Below are positions 18,284-27,821 of a DNA stretch of 64,000 nt, piece after piece. Position numbers and translations under genes: made by a program. Under the pieces are notes generated by a model, which worked only from the letters and a program-made list of their open reading frames with translations, was not told where the DNA came from and did no database searches. The stretch's first letter is position 1, and every line of letters begins with the position of its first letter. The DNA is from an uncultured virus (IMG/VR IMGVR_UViG_3300025623_000002) (lineage: Duplodnaviria > Heunggongvirae > Uroviricota > Caudoviricetes), in IMG/VR virus record IMGVR_UViG_3300025623_000002; one strand, 5' to 3'.

Positions 18284-19204
18284 ATGAGTGAATTATGGAC
18301 AGAAAAATATAGACCAACAAAACTTAGTGGGATTATAGGTCAAACTAATTTTGTGTTGGATGCAGAACATTGGGTTTTGAATAAAGAAATGCCTAATGTT
18401 TTATTGTATGGTGTTGCAGGGGTTGGTAAAACAGCCGCCGCAATATCATTAGCAAATGGGATATTAGGTAATGATAGGAAAAATAACTTCTTTGAGATTA
18501 ATGCTTCTGATGATAGAAAGTTAGAAACAGTAAGAAATAAAATTAAAGAGATTGCTTCTACTAAAAGAATTGGTGATGTTCCATTCAAAATAATACTATT
18601 AGATGAAATGGATGGTATGACTAAAGATGCACAAAATGCATTGAAGAGAATCATGGAAAGATATTCTGATAATTGTAGATTTATTATTACTTGTAATGAT
18701 AGATATAAAATTATTAATCCTCTAATGTCGAGGTGTGCTAATTATAATTTCAAGCGACTTAATACTAAAGATATGAAATACATATTGACTGATATTCTGT
18801 TAAAAGAAGATGTTAAAACACATTCTGATGACCAATTAGATAAGTTTATTACCTATTTGCAGGGTGATTTAAGACGAGGAATCAATGAATTACAGGCATC
18901 GTCAGCAAGCCAACGGACTCTTCAATATCAAATAGATATGAATATGAAACCATACTCTGAAATTATAAAAATGATAAATGAAAATAAATATGAAAATGCT
19001 TTAGAGAAGGTTCACACTATGATTTATAATTCTACTGATATGAAAACCATATGTATTAATTTACATACAACAGTGTTAGAAACTGAAAGTGATTTTAATT
19101 ATAAATTTAAGATGCTTCGCATTATTGGTGAAGCAGAATGGAGAAGTGGAAACATGAATCCAAAAGTTTTAGCATCTTGGATGATAGGACAAATGATAAA
19201 ATGA
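18284..19204 (+). CDS. rfcS: Replication factor C small subunit (clamp loader)
   Basis: WTEKYRP, GVAGVGKT, EINASD, LLDEMD, SRC, GDLRR. Confidence 0.95.
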   Translation: MSELWTEKYRPTKLSGIIGQTNFVLDAEHWVLNKEMPNVLLYGVAGVGKTAAAISLANGILGNDRKNNFFEINASDDRKLETVRNKIKEIASTKRIGDVPFKIILLDEMDGMTKDAQNALKRIMERYSDNCRFIITCNDRYKIINPLMSRCANYNFKRLNTKDMKYILTDILLKEDVKTHSDDQLDKFITYLQGDLRRGINELQASSASQRTLQYQIDMNMKPYSEIIKMINENKYENALEKVHTMIYNSTDMKTICINLHTTVLETESDFNYKFKMLRIIGEAEWRSGNMNPKVLASWMIGQMIK

Positions 19205-19290
19205 TAGAAATATTATTTATATTTATAGGACTTAGAATATTGATTAAAATGTTAGATAATAGTAATAGGAGTGGAAGAAGAAAATGGTAA
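19201..19290 (+). CDS. Small membrane peptide (29 aa, not in ORF track)
   Basis: MIEILFIFIGLRILIKMLDNSNRSGRRKW*; ATGA overlap with rfcS. Confidence 0.45.
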   Translation: MIEILFIFIGLRILIKMLDNSNRSGRRKW

Positions 19291-19532
19291 AGAGATTTTT
19301 GGACTTTAATAAAGATGGGGTTGTTGATAAAGAAGATTTCAACCATCTCATATTAAGATATGAGATAATTGTGATAGGTGGTATATTACTAATGGTATTA
19401 CCTATACTAAACACATTAGGCTACATTAGTGTTGATTCAAACTTTTTCTGGATGTTGTGTGGATTAGTCATGACGGCAGAAGGATTAGTTGAAATAAAAT
19501 ATGAGCGAAAAAAGAGGAATGAAAATGAATGA
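19284..19532 (+). CDS. Two-TM membrane protein with an EF-hand-like loop
   Basis: DFNKDGVVDKEDF followed by two hydrophobic helices. Confidence 0.7.
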   Translation: MVKRFLDFNKDGVVDKEDFNHLILRYEIIVIGGILLMVLPILNTLGYISVDSNFFWMLCGLVMTAEGLVEIKYERKKRNENE

Positions 19533-20754
19533 AGATATGAAAAATGAAATAATGAAAGCAGCAGAAATTCTCGGTTTAACCGAGGAAGATGCAATGAGTA
19601 AGTTTGAGGACATTTGTGCCAAGAACAATCTTGATGTATCTAAAGAACCCTTGTTAGCAAGAGGTCTTTGGCGACAGTATTTTAGTAGTGCGAGAAACAT
19701 ACTAACCCGCGAAAGCACAACAACTAACAACACAAACAATTCTTTTTACAAGAAGGCGTTTGGTTTCTTTGTATCGCTAGATGAAGCCGTTGATATAATG
19801 GCGTTAGATAGAGATAGAGTAATGAAAGAATACAATAGAGATAGTGATTTAACTTACTCTCTTGGTAAGGTAGCACTTTTTGCTGAATCAGAAGATGGAA
19901 AATACGAAGGAAGAATGATGAGGGATAATGAAGAAAGAAGTAAAGTTATGGATGAATTACCTGAAAATAATGTAGTATTAGATAATGGACTATTTTTAGT
20001 TCCATTGAATACTAATGATGCAGAATGGAATAAAAAGAACTACGGTAAACCTACAAAGGCTTCGGAGTGGAGAAAAACAGGAATATTTGTAGGAGAAGTT
20101 GATGGAAGAATGGGTGCTTTTGCCTTTAGTTATAAAGGTGAATCTTGTTTAACATTTACACCAACAACATTTGAGTGGGTTCATTTTGATTCATTCTTTA
20201 TGAACGAAGATTATACAAGTATCTTTGGTGGTAAGTCTAGAACGATGGAATCATTAATTCTTAATGATGATTTAGAAGAAGAAGATGATAGAAAGCGTCA
20301 ACCATTTGGTGAAGTTCAAGATATAATTATGGAATACTGCACTGAAAATTACAGCCCATTAGTTGATTTAGAACAGGCTCATAGTAATGCGGCGGCAAGA
20401 CCATACAAACAAAAATATGTTGTTACTGATGGAACTGTTACTAGTATTAATATGACTCCAACTAATAATGGTAATAGGATTATTAACATTGATGATTTAA
20501 CAACCGAGTTTAATTTTGATAATGATGGTTTTACAGCAACTACTTGTTGGACACCTTCATCATTAGTAATTGATTTTGGTATTGGTTCTGAAGTTATAGT
20601 TGTAGGGCGCACTAGTCAGGGAACTGATGATGAAGGCGCATTAAGACCAGTAACAATTAATGTTAGTGGAATATATGTTATTAATGCTAGAGGCGGAAGC
20701 CCAGAATTAATTGAACATGTTGATTCAGAAGAAACCGATTGGTTCTTTGATTGA
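19501..20754 (+). CDS. Putative OB-fold ssDNA-binding (RPA-like) protein
   Basis: C-terminal OB-like strands (VVTDGTVTSI...GSEVIVVGRT), acidic/aromatic tail EETDWFFD, replication context; start may be 19525. Confidence 0.6.
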   Translation: MSEKRGMKMNEDMKNEIMKAAEILGLTEEDAMSKFEDICAKNNLDVSKEPLLARGLWRQYFSSARNILTRESTTTNNTNNSFYKKAFGFFVSLDEAVDIMALDRDRVMKEYNRDSDLTYSLGKVALFAESEDGKYEGRMMRDNEERSKVMDELPENNVVLDNGLFLVPLNTNDAEWNKKNYGKPTKASEWRKTGIFVGEVDGRMGAFAFSYKGESCLTFTPTTFEWVHFDSFFMNEDYTSIFGGKSRTMESLILNDDLEEEDDRKRQPFGEVQDIIMEYCTENYSPLVDLEQAHSNAAARPYKQKYVVTDGTVTSINMTPTNNGNRIINIDDLTTEFNFDNDGFTATTCWTPSSLVIDFGIGSEVIVVGRTSQGTDDEGALRPVTINVSGIYVINARGGSPELIEHVDSEETDWFFD

Positions 20755-20831
20755 TTTCGTAAAAGTGTAGTCATGCACGAATTGTTGGCTATTAGGGGTG
20801 CAACTCCCCTTAATTTAAAAGAGGAATAAAT

Positions 20832-21071
20832 ATGAAAGAATATGAAATAATAGATAATAGAATTATTAAAGGTAATAGTTTTTGGTTCAATGTAACCAAA
20901 GTTGACTTTACTACAAGAAGAATGAATGATGAAACTGGGGAATATTGGGTTAAGTTCCATTTCCCTTCAGGAAAAGAAATAAGAATAAAAGTAGATAGAA
21001 AAGATTTAGATGAATTAACTTCTCCTTTCAATTTTAATAATAATGGTGATGATAATGGTAATAACATATGA
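20832..21071 (+). CDS. Hypothetical protein
   Basis: 79 aa after GAGGAATAAAT. Confidence 0.7.
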   Translation: MKEYEIIDNRIIKGNSFWFNVTKVDFTTRRMNDETGEYWVKFHFPSGKEIRIKVDRKDLDELTSPFNFNNNGDDNGNNI

Positions 21072-21894
21072 AGAAAGAAAACAACAAATAATACAACAGA
21101 TAGTAGATAGAAGAAGCGCAGAGAAGGAATTCCTATTAGTAGGAATTACAGGTAGACCTAAAGTTGGTAAGTCAGGTTTAGCAATGGATTGTAGAACTGA
21201 AGAAGAAATTAAGAACGGTATGAAAGTAAAGATACTAGACCTTGATGATGGTTCTACTGCTACTTGGGATTCTGCTTGGGATAGAGATGAGAACATAGAA
21301 GTTTATGTTCCTAATGTTTGGAACAATGATGGTTCTATGAATTGGGATGAAACTTTTCACAACTGTTCTACTTGGATTAAGATGGCTGAAGAAGATATTA
21401 AAGAAGGTAATATTAAAGCAGTTATTCTAGATGGTGTAGATAAAATCTATGAAGGTTCTAGTGATGTATTAAGGAAATCATTAGTTAAGAATGCAGCAAG
21501 AAGTGGTTCTGTAATACAAGATTCAGATACGGTGATGGTTAAACCATTAGATTGGAAAGTAAGAAATAATATCTATGATAGAATTATTAATCCATTTGTA
21601 GCACTAAGAGCAAATAGATTTCTAATTACACATATGAAACTTGTATATGAAGGGATTGGCGCACCAATAGCAGTAGGAGAAACTCCTGATTGGTATAAGA
21701 CAACACCACATAAATTACTACAAATAATAAATATAACCGAACAGAAATTAGGAAATAAAACAACATACAAAGGAAAATTAGTTGCAAGTAAAACTAATTC
21801 CAATATGGTTGGTAAGAGTTGGCCTATCTTCGTATTAGAAGAATCGGGCAATGAATGGAATGGAATACCCGAATTAAAACAGGGTGAATTATAA
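21043..21894 (+). CDS. RecA-superfamily P-loop ATPase (Sak4/RadB-like)
   Basis: GRPKVGKS Walker A, LDLD, VILDG Walker B, LITH. Confidence 0.75.
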   Translation: MVMIMVITYEERKQQIIQQIVDRRSAEKEFLLVGITGRPKVGKSGLAMDCRTEEEIKNGMKVKILDLDDGSTATWDSAWDRDENIEVYVPNVWNNDGSMNWDETFHNCSTWIKMAEEDIKEGNIKAVILDGVDKIYEGSSDVLRKSLVKNAARSGSVIQDSDTVMVKPLDWKVRNNIYDRIINPFVALRANRFLITHMKLVYEGIGAPIAVGETPDWYKTTPHKLLQIINITEQKLGNKTTYKGKLVASKTNSNMVGKSWPIFVLEESGNEWNGIPELKQGEL

Positions 21895-21909
21895 TGGAGA
21901 TAAATAACA

Positions 21910-22674
21910 ATGAAAATAATAATAGAGGCAAAGAGAATAAGTGAATTAATAGAAAGTGTAGCATTGAAAGGAAGATACTTTAATGGTGCTGAATCTAAGA
22001 ATGGAATGTTATCTGAGTGTGCATATTTAACATTAACAGATGGAAATTTAGATTTATGGAATGCAGATAACACAACTGTTTGTGGAATTAGAGAAGTATT
22101 AGAAATCACTCCTGATTTTGAAAATGGAGAAGTAGTTTTAGATATATTAAAAACAGTAAAATATCTTAAAGGATTTACTGGTGATGTTTTATTTGATGCG
22201 AGTGATTTCTTATGTATTTCTAATGAAGTATCTACTGCTACCCTACCATTAGTAACAGAACATAGTCATAAGAATATGATTGATATGTTAATTGTTTTTA
22301 ATGAAACTGTTAGAGATGTGAATGTAGTTTTCCCCACATTTAGAAAAACTACATTTGAAACTAAAATACATCTTTTAGCATCAGACTTATCCTTATCAAC
22401 AAAAGGATGTGATGTGATTAATACCGCTAGATATAAATTTGATTATAATAATAGAGTGTTTACTATGTCTAGTATTAAAACTGATATTGATAAATATGAA
22501 ACTGATGTTACTATGCTTACACAAGATGGTGATGAGTCTACTGTAGAATTTACAGGTTTCTTTCATAGTTTCTTTAAAACAGTAGTGAATATATATCTTA
22601 AAGATGATTCACCTGTTTTGTTTGTATCACCTAATAGATTATTATTGAAAGCACCCTACATGGATAGGAGTTGA
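21910..22674 (+). CDS. pcn: DNA sliding clamp (PCNA-like)
   Basis: 254 aa, alternating helix/strand pattern, C-terminal DDSPVLF...LLLKAP; upstream of PolB. Confidence 0.7.
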   Translation: MKIIIEAKRISELIESVALKGRYFNGAESKNGMLSECAYLTLTDGNLDLWNADNTTVCGIREVLEITPDFENGEVVLDILKTVKYLKGFTGDVLFDASDFLCISNEVSTATLPLVTEHSHKNMIDMLIVFNETVRDVNVVFPTFRKTTFETKIHLLASDLSLSTKGCDVINTARYKFDYNNRVFTMSSIKTDIDKYETDVTMLTQDGDESTVEFTGFFHSFFKTVVNIYLKDDSPVLFVSPNRLLLKAPYMDRS

Positions 22675-22678
22675 TTAA

Positions 22679-22930
22679 ATGAGTGCAAAGCAAGAATACA
22701 CAGGATTTTACGAAACCGATTACATTTACTGTTGTGTAAATTACTCTTCCTGTGATGGGAGATACGATTCAGAACAGGAAGCGATAGAGTGTTGTTCCGT
22801 GTGTAGTGAGTGCGGCGATGCGTGGTATGAGTGCGTGGGACAATGCGAATGGTGTGACGAGTGCTATACTCCCGAATGTAAGAACAGCCCCGACGGTGAT
22901 GAACCCTGCCCCGAAAAGGAAGAGGAATAA
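22679..22930 (+). CDS. Very Cys-rich acidic small protein
   Basis: 83 aa with many CxxC units; DNA visibly GC-richer than its flanks. Confidence 0.65.
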   Translation: MSAKQEYTGFYETDYIYCCVNYSSCDGRYDSEQEAIECCSVCSECGDAWYECVGQCEWCDECYTPECKNSPDGDEPCPEKEEE

Positions 22931-22932
22931 AA

Positions 22933-24603
22933 ATGATAATCAATGAAATAAAAAATGGAATAGGATTAAGGTGGAGAGAGAACGGTGAAGTTAAAGAAAA
23001 AATTGTTACTCTCAAAGAATTTCCGCATTACTTTTTTATTAAGGCTACATCTACTAGACATACTGATTTATTAATTAAAGATAACAATACTAGAGGGAAG
23101 TTTAAGATTGAGTTAAATTATGAAATGGGTGAATGGAAATCTCTTAATGGTGATTTATTAGTTAAAGTAACTTGGGGAACTAAATCTCCTAATATAAAAT
23201 ATCAAATTAGAGAACAATTAGAAGAATTAGGTGTTGATACTTATGAAGCAGACATTCCACATCATTATCGTTATACTGTTGATTGTATTGATAAGATACC
23301 CGAATATAAAATGCGTAAGTGTTTTTGGGATATGGAATGGCAAATAGGTGGTGAACATGATGGTAAGATTACATGTATAGTTGCTTATGATAACTACGAT
23401 AGTAAGTACAATACTTTTGTTTGGTTTCCTACTGGAACAGTGTTAGCACATATTAAGAATGTTAATATATTTACATCAGAAGAAGATATGTTAAATGCAT
23501 TCTTAGAATATATTGTTAATAAAAGACCCGACATGTTAATTTCTTGGTTCGGATGGAAGTTCGACTTACCTAAATTAATAGAAAGGAATACTGTTTATAA
23601 TATTGATTCTAGATTACTGTCGCCATATAATGAAGTTAGAGGTGTTTCTTGGAGTGAAGATAAAGTTAAAATCTATCCTAAACATATACATGATTCTTCA
23701 CCTGTGTCGCAACCAATAAAAGGTTTAATTACAGTAGCATTAGATTTAGTATTTGAAAGACAATGGAACGATGCACAACGAGGAACATTACCTTCTATGG
23801 CTTTGGATTATATTTCTGAAACTGTTTTAGGAGATAATAAATTAGTTAGTGAAAAGTTTCCTGATAAAATTGAGTTCTTTAGAAGGGCATGGTTAGAAGA
23901 TACTGAAACATATTTAGAATATGCTTTGAAAGATGTAGAACTTATTAAAAGGATTGATGAAGAAAACCATTGTATTGATTCAGTATTAGCACTACAAAAA
24001 TTACTAATCGCACCCTTTGATGCTTGCTTCTATGCAAGTAATATGGGTGGAATATATTTCATGCGTAATGCTTCTTGGAAAGCACCGACAGGTAAGAAAG
24101 GAGAACGTGTTAATTATGAAGGGGCTATGATATACAATCCTTTGACTGAAGGCACAAATGGACTTCATCATAATGTAGCGGCATTTGATTTTGCTTCTCT
24201 TTATCCATCAATGATAATTTCACGGAATATTTCTTGGGAATCTAAATCTGCAACTCCTACTGAGTTCGCAGTTAACTTAGCAATACCTAGAGATTTTAGT
24301 GAAGTTAAAGAAGAGAAAATGCTTTACTACAAGACCAATGAATTAGGTTTGTTACCTAAATCTTTAATTGAACTTAAAGCATTAAGAAACGAATACAAAA
24401 AGAATATGAAAGAAGCATCAACCAAAGATGGTAAGATTAAATGGAACAATAATCAAATGGCTGTAAAAAGGCTGATGGCATCTTTCTATGGGATAACGGC
24501 GTATCAAGGGTTTGGTTGGGCTGATATAGACTTAGCCGCTAGTATTACTGCTAGTGCTAGAGAAGCAATTAGAGCCGCAGCATTTAAGGTGAGAGAATTA
24601 TGA
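22933..24603 (+). CDS. polB: Family B DNA polymerase, N-terminal part (exonuclease + motifs A and B)
   Basis: WDME (ExoI), FDLP (ExoII), YALKD (ExoIII), DFASLYPS, KRLMASFYG. Confidence 0.95.
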   Translation: MIINEIKNGIGLRWRENGEVKEKIVTLKEFPHYFFIKATSTRHTDLLIKDNNTRGKFKIELNYEMGEWKSLNGDLLVKVTWGTKSPNIKYQIREQLEELGVDTYEADIPHHYRYTVDCIDKIPEYKMRKCFWDMEWQIGGEHDGKITCIVAYDNYDSKYNTFVWFPTGTVLAHIKNVNIFTSEEDMLNAFLEYIVNKRPDMLISWFGWKFDLPKLIERNTVYNIDSRLLSPYNEVRGVSWSEDKVKIYPKHIHDSSPVSQPIKGLITVALDLVFERQWNDAQRGTLPSMALDYISETVLGDNKLVSEKFPDKIEFFRRAWLEDTETYLEYALKDVELIKRIDEENHCIDSVLALQKLLIAPFDACFYASNMGGIYFMRNASWKAPTGKKGERVNYEGAMIYNPLTEGTNGLHHNVAAFDFASLYPSMIISRNISWESKSATPTEFAVNLAIPRDFSEVKEEKMLYYKTNELGLLPKSLIELKALRNEYKKNMKEASTKDGKIKWNNNQMAVKRLMASFYGITAYQGFGWADIDLAASITASAREAIRAAAFKVREL

Positions 24604-24615
24604 TGAGGAATATAA

Positions 24616-24705
24616 ATGAAATGTAGAAAAAATAAATGTAATAATTTAATATTACCAAACCATAAGTTATGTTTTTATCATATTTTTTGGGGGGATGAAG
24701 AATGA
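24616..24705 (+). CDS. 29-aa C3H zinc-finger micropeptide (not in ORF track)
   Basis: MKCRKNKCNNLILPNHKLCFYHIFWGDEE*; GAGGAA RBS; ATGA overlap. Confidence 0.55.
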   Translation: MKCRKNKCNNLILPNHKLCFYHIFWGDEE

Positions 24706-24992
24706 GTAAGATAGAAGATGAAGTATGTGAGAAAATTCAGAATAGAGCAGAACAAGCAAGGGTGGAAAAACCCTGTCCTAAATGTGGTCATGCTAATTTA
24801 AAATATAACAATAAGACTATGGAACGAAATGACTTATCTAATGAAGAGTGGTTAATTCATGCACAAGAAGAGGCTATGGATTTAGCGGTGTATTTACAGA
24901 AGTTAATCACTACACAAATACCTTCTAACTCAACACAAGAACTTGAATCAATAAGAAAAGAATATATTAAATCAAAGAGGGATTTCAAATGA
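24702..24992 (+). CDS. Small phage protein, possibly all-alpha NTP-pyrophosphatase (MazG-like)
   Basis: EWLIHAQEEAMDLAVYL (EExxD) motif; CPKCG insert. Confidence 0.55.
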   Translation: MSKIEDEVCEKIQNRAEQARVEKPCPKCGHANLKYNNKTMERNDLSNEEWLIHAQEEAMDLAVYLQKLITTQIPSNSTQELESIRKEYIKSKRDFK

Positions 24993-25915
24993 AAGTAGTT
25001 TACGGACACACTGATTCTATTTATGTTAAATGTGATGATATAGTAAAAGCAAAAGAAGTTTGTAATGAGGTTAACGATTATGTAAGAACTTTCTTTCCTA
25101 ATATATTAGGATTAGAAGAACATCCTGTAACCTTAGAGTTTGAAAAGTATTACAAATCATTAGGAGTAGGTGCTACCAAAAATAGAAATGCTGGATTAAT
25201 AACTTGGAAAGACGGAGAATATCTTGAAGAAGATGAATTTGTCCTTACTGGTTTTTCTGCTAAGAGAGTTGCACAAACTAAATTAGCAAAAGAAACACAA
25301 TTAAAGATTCTTAAAATGTGGGTTGATGGTGATAGTGAAGAAGTAATTACAGATTATTTACATGAACTATTCGTTAATGTGCTTAGTGGTAATATAGAAT
25401 TATCAATGTTAATTAACAGAAGCAGATACAAAGAAGAGAGATTTAAAGTTAGATGTATGGGAGAATGTAAGAAAATGAAATGGGGAAAAATACTTACATT
25501 ATCAGAAATTATTAAGAATATTGTAAAACATAGAACTAATTTTTCAAGTGATGATTGGAAGTGTTGTAATAGTCCTAACTTAAGAACAACCCAAAATAAA
25601 AGACCTGTAATTGGTTCAGGTATTGAAGGGGTTTTGTATTATAATTCTATTAATACAATTCCTATTGATGATTCATATTTATACATGAAAATTAAAGATG
25701 TTAATGATACTTATATTCATCCCTTAACCCAAAAAGACACTGTGCCTTCTTGGGTTGCAGGTAAACAAGAAAAAGAATTACTTGAATTTACTCCTGATTA
25801 TTTGCATTATGCCTATCAAGTTGTTAGTAAAGCAGAACCTATTTACAAAGCAATGGAATGGGATGTAAATAATATTATAAGAAGTAGGCATCAAGATTTG
25901 GAGGATTGGTTTTGA
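24989..25915 (+). CDS. polB: Family B DNA polymerase, C-terminal part (motif C, thumb)
   Basis: Begins MKVVYGHTDSIYV; LEFEK, KNRNAG; ends in PIP-like HQDLEDWF. Confidence 0.92.
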   Translation: MKVVYGHTDSIYVKCDDIVKAKEVCNEVNDYVRTFFPNILGLEEHPVTLEFEKYYKSLGVGATKNRNAGLITWKDGEYLEEDEFVLTGFSAKRVAQTKLAKETQLKILKMWVDGDSEEVITDYLHELFVNVLSGNIELSMLINRSRYKEERFKVRCMGECKKMKWGKILTLSEIIKNIVKHRTNFSSDDWKCCNSPNLRTTQNKRPVIGSGIEGVLYYNSINTIPIDDSYLYMKIKDVNDTYIHPLTQKDTVPSWVAGKQEKELLEFTPDYLHYAYQVVSKAEPIYKAMEWDVNNIIRSRHQDLEDWF

Positions 25916-26268
25916 AACTATCTTGGTCTATGCAAAGAAGAGTAGATAGATGGAAGATTAAATATGATAAATTAATTAAATTAGTTATTAAAATTAAAAA
26001 GAAAATAAAAAAAATAAATAAAAAGGGAGTTAATAAAATGAATAAAAATAAAAAGTTATTACAATCAGATAAAACAATATTATTTGAAGAATATTCTAAT
26101 GAGTATATAGGATTAACAATAGAAAAAGACACAATTAGTTTGATTAATAGTCCACCACTTACTTTACCTGTATCTAAACATCATAGAAAATGTGAATGTG
26201 ATATATGTATAGAAATGTTAATAGGAAATTTAGCATATCAATTTGATAAGGAGAATGATGAGGAATGA
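25906..26268 (+). CDS. Hypothetical protein
   Basis: K-rich N-terminus, H..CECxxC near C-terminus; start uncertain (possibly 26038). Confidence 0.5.
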   Translation: MVLKLSWSMQRRVDRWKIKYDKLIKLVIKIKKKIKKINKKGVNKMNKNKKLLQSDKTILFEEYSNEYIGLTIEKDTISLINSPPLTLPVSKHHRKCECDICIEMLIGNLAYQFDKENDEE

Positions 26269-27161
26269 AAATACAGAAAAAAGATGGATTTGAAAGAGAA
26301 TTTACATACCAATGGAATGCTAAATGGAAAGAAGATGATATTAGTAAGCCCATTTTGAAGTTAACAAAATCCTCATTAGGTTCTTATGATTGGTGTCCTA
26401 AAAAATATCAATTTAACTACATGGAAGGGAAACCACAAGATACTTCTGAAGCAATGCACAATGGAACTTTGGTTCACAATGCCTTAGAAGAGTTTTATAA
26501 TGTTTTTGATATTAAGAAAGCAGAAACAATGGATGTTGCTGAAGTAACTGAATATTGTTTTAGTTTATTTCCAATAGATAATATGTCTGAAATGTATGAA
26601 ACATTATCTATTAATGAAGCACAACGTTTTATGGTTGCTAAAGAAGATAAGACATTAGAAATGTTTTTGCCTGTGATTAATGAAGTTTGTTTAAATGCAC
26701 AAATAGTTATTAATCGAGCAGATTTTCCTAAGTTCCCCTTAAAAAGAGATTACACTGTGCATTTACAAGGGATTATTGATAGGATGTTTGTAGATAAAAC
26801 AGGATATATCCCTATGGAGTTAAAAACTGGTGCTTGGAAAGAATACAAGAAAACTTCTATGAGAAAGGAAATGGCTTATTATAAATTATTATTCGATAAT
26901 TGTCCGATAGAACAATTAGAAGCAATAGGAATTAATAGAGATTTATCAATAACTCATTGGGGTTGGAGATACCCTGCTTCAAATCATATATATGTAGAAG
27001 AACAAAAGAAAAGTAGCCATACAGCAGTTATGAGAAGTATAGCAAAATTAATAAAAGCATATGAAGATGATTTATTCCCAACTAAATATAATGCTAGAAC
27101 ATGTTCGTTTTGTAGTTACTTAGATATTTGTGATGGTGGAGCAGACGAGGGGTGGTTATGA
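26265..27161 (+). CDS. Cas4-like / PD-(D/E)XK exonuclease with Fe-S Cys motif
   Basis: WCPKKY, GIIDR, ELKTG, terminal CSFCSYLDIC. Confidence 0.9.
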   Translation: MKIQKKDGFEREFTYQWNAKWKEDDISKPILKLTKSSLGSYDWCPKKYQFNYMEGKPQDTSEAMHNGTLVHNALEEFYNVFDIKKAETMDVAEVTEYCFSLFPIDNMSEMYETLSINEAQRFMVAKEDKTLEMFLPVINEVCLNAQIVINRADFPKFPLKRDYTVHLQGIIDRMFVDKTGYIPMELKTGAWKEYKKTSMRKEMAYYKLLFDNCPIEQLEAIGINRDLSITHWGWRYPASNHIYVEEQKKSSHTAVMRSIAKLIKAYEDDLFPTKYNARTCSFCSYLDICDGGADEGWL

Positions 27162-27430
27162 TGGAAATTAAATGGATTACCCATCAAGGAATAAGGGTGT
27201 TAGCACTATTAGTGGATGATAATGACCCATATTATATATGTGAAAATTGCGGTAATAAGAGTTATGCACATCCTAAATTAGCAACTAAAGAAGATGCAGA
27301 ATGGTGCGGAGATTGTAATGACGCTCATTTTAAAAAACACATGTCTGAAGCAGAAATAGGTATGTGGTCTATATGGCAAATGCAAAGAAATAAAGCAATA
27401 CTAATAGTAAAAAAACTCAGAGGAAAGTGA
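27152..27430 (+). CDS. Zinc-finger protein
   Basis: CENC...WCGDC. Confidence 0.65.
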   Translation: MVMMEIKWITHQGIRVLALLVDDNDPYYICENCGNKSYAHPKLATKEDAEWCGDCNDAHFKKHMSEAEIGMWSIWQMQRNKAILIVKKLRGK

Positions 27431-27434
27431 TTGA

Positions 27435-27821
27435 ATGAAAGATAAAGTAAAGAAAATATTAAGTTCTAAAGAATGGACATTTGCTGATTTGGCTAACATG
27501 AGTGAATTAGTAAAGCAGTTCTCAGAAGAAATATATAATGAGTTAAATGCTAGGGAAAAATTAGAATTAGTTTGGAATCTTGATATCTATGATGATGAAC
27601 ACCATTTTATGAAGTTTGGGAACTATTTCAATATCCTAGTATTAGAACAAATACAAATACAAGTAGCAAGCATACTACAAGAACAATTACTTACAGCAAA
27701 TGTAAATTTTAGTAACAATGAAAATAAGGAGGATAATAAAAATGAAATTTCCAAGAGAAGTGTGGGCAGGAAGTCATCTAAAAAACGCACAGCAAATGAA
27801 AAGAAAGATAGTGAAGAATAA
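27435..27821 (+). CDS. Hypothetical protein
   Basis: 128-aa ORF; its tail overlaps the primase start. Confidence 0.65.
   Translation: MKDKVKKILSSKEWTFADLANMSELVKQFSEEIYNELNAREKLELVWNLDIYDDEHHFMKFGNYFNILVLEQIQIQVASILQEQLLTANVNFSNNENKEDNKNEISKRSVGRKSSKKRTANEKKDSEE

Noticed and set aside
20761..20820. Possible tRNA gene
   Set aside because: Only a T-arm-like hairpin; no acceptor, D or anticodon stems could be built
24603..24989. Split intein or intron interrupting polB
   Set aside because: No intein terminal residues or homing endonuclease; the gap is filled by two ordinary coupled ORFs and the C-part has its own start
26265..27161. Cas4-like gene as evidence of a CRISPR-Cas system
   Set aside because: No repeat-spacer array or other cas genes seen; stand-alone Cas4-like nucleases are common in archaeal viruses
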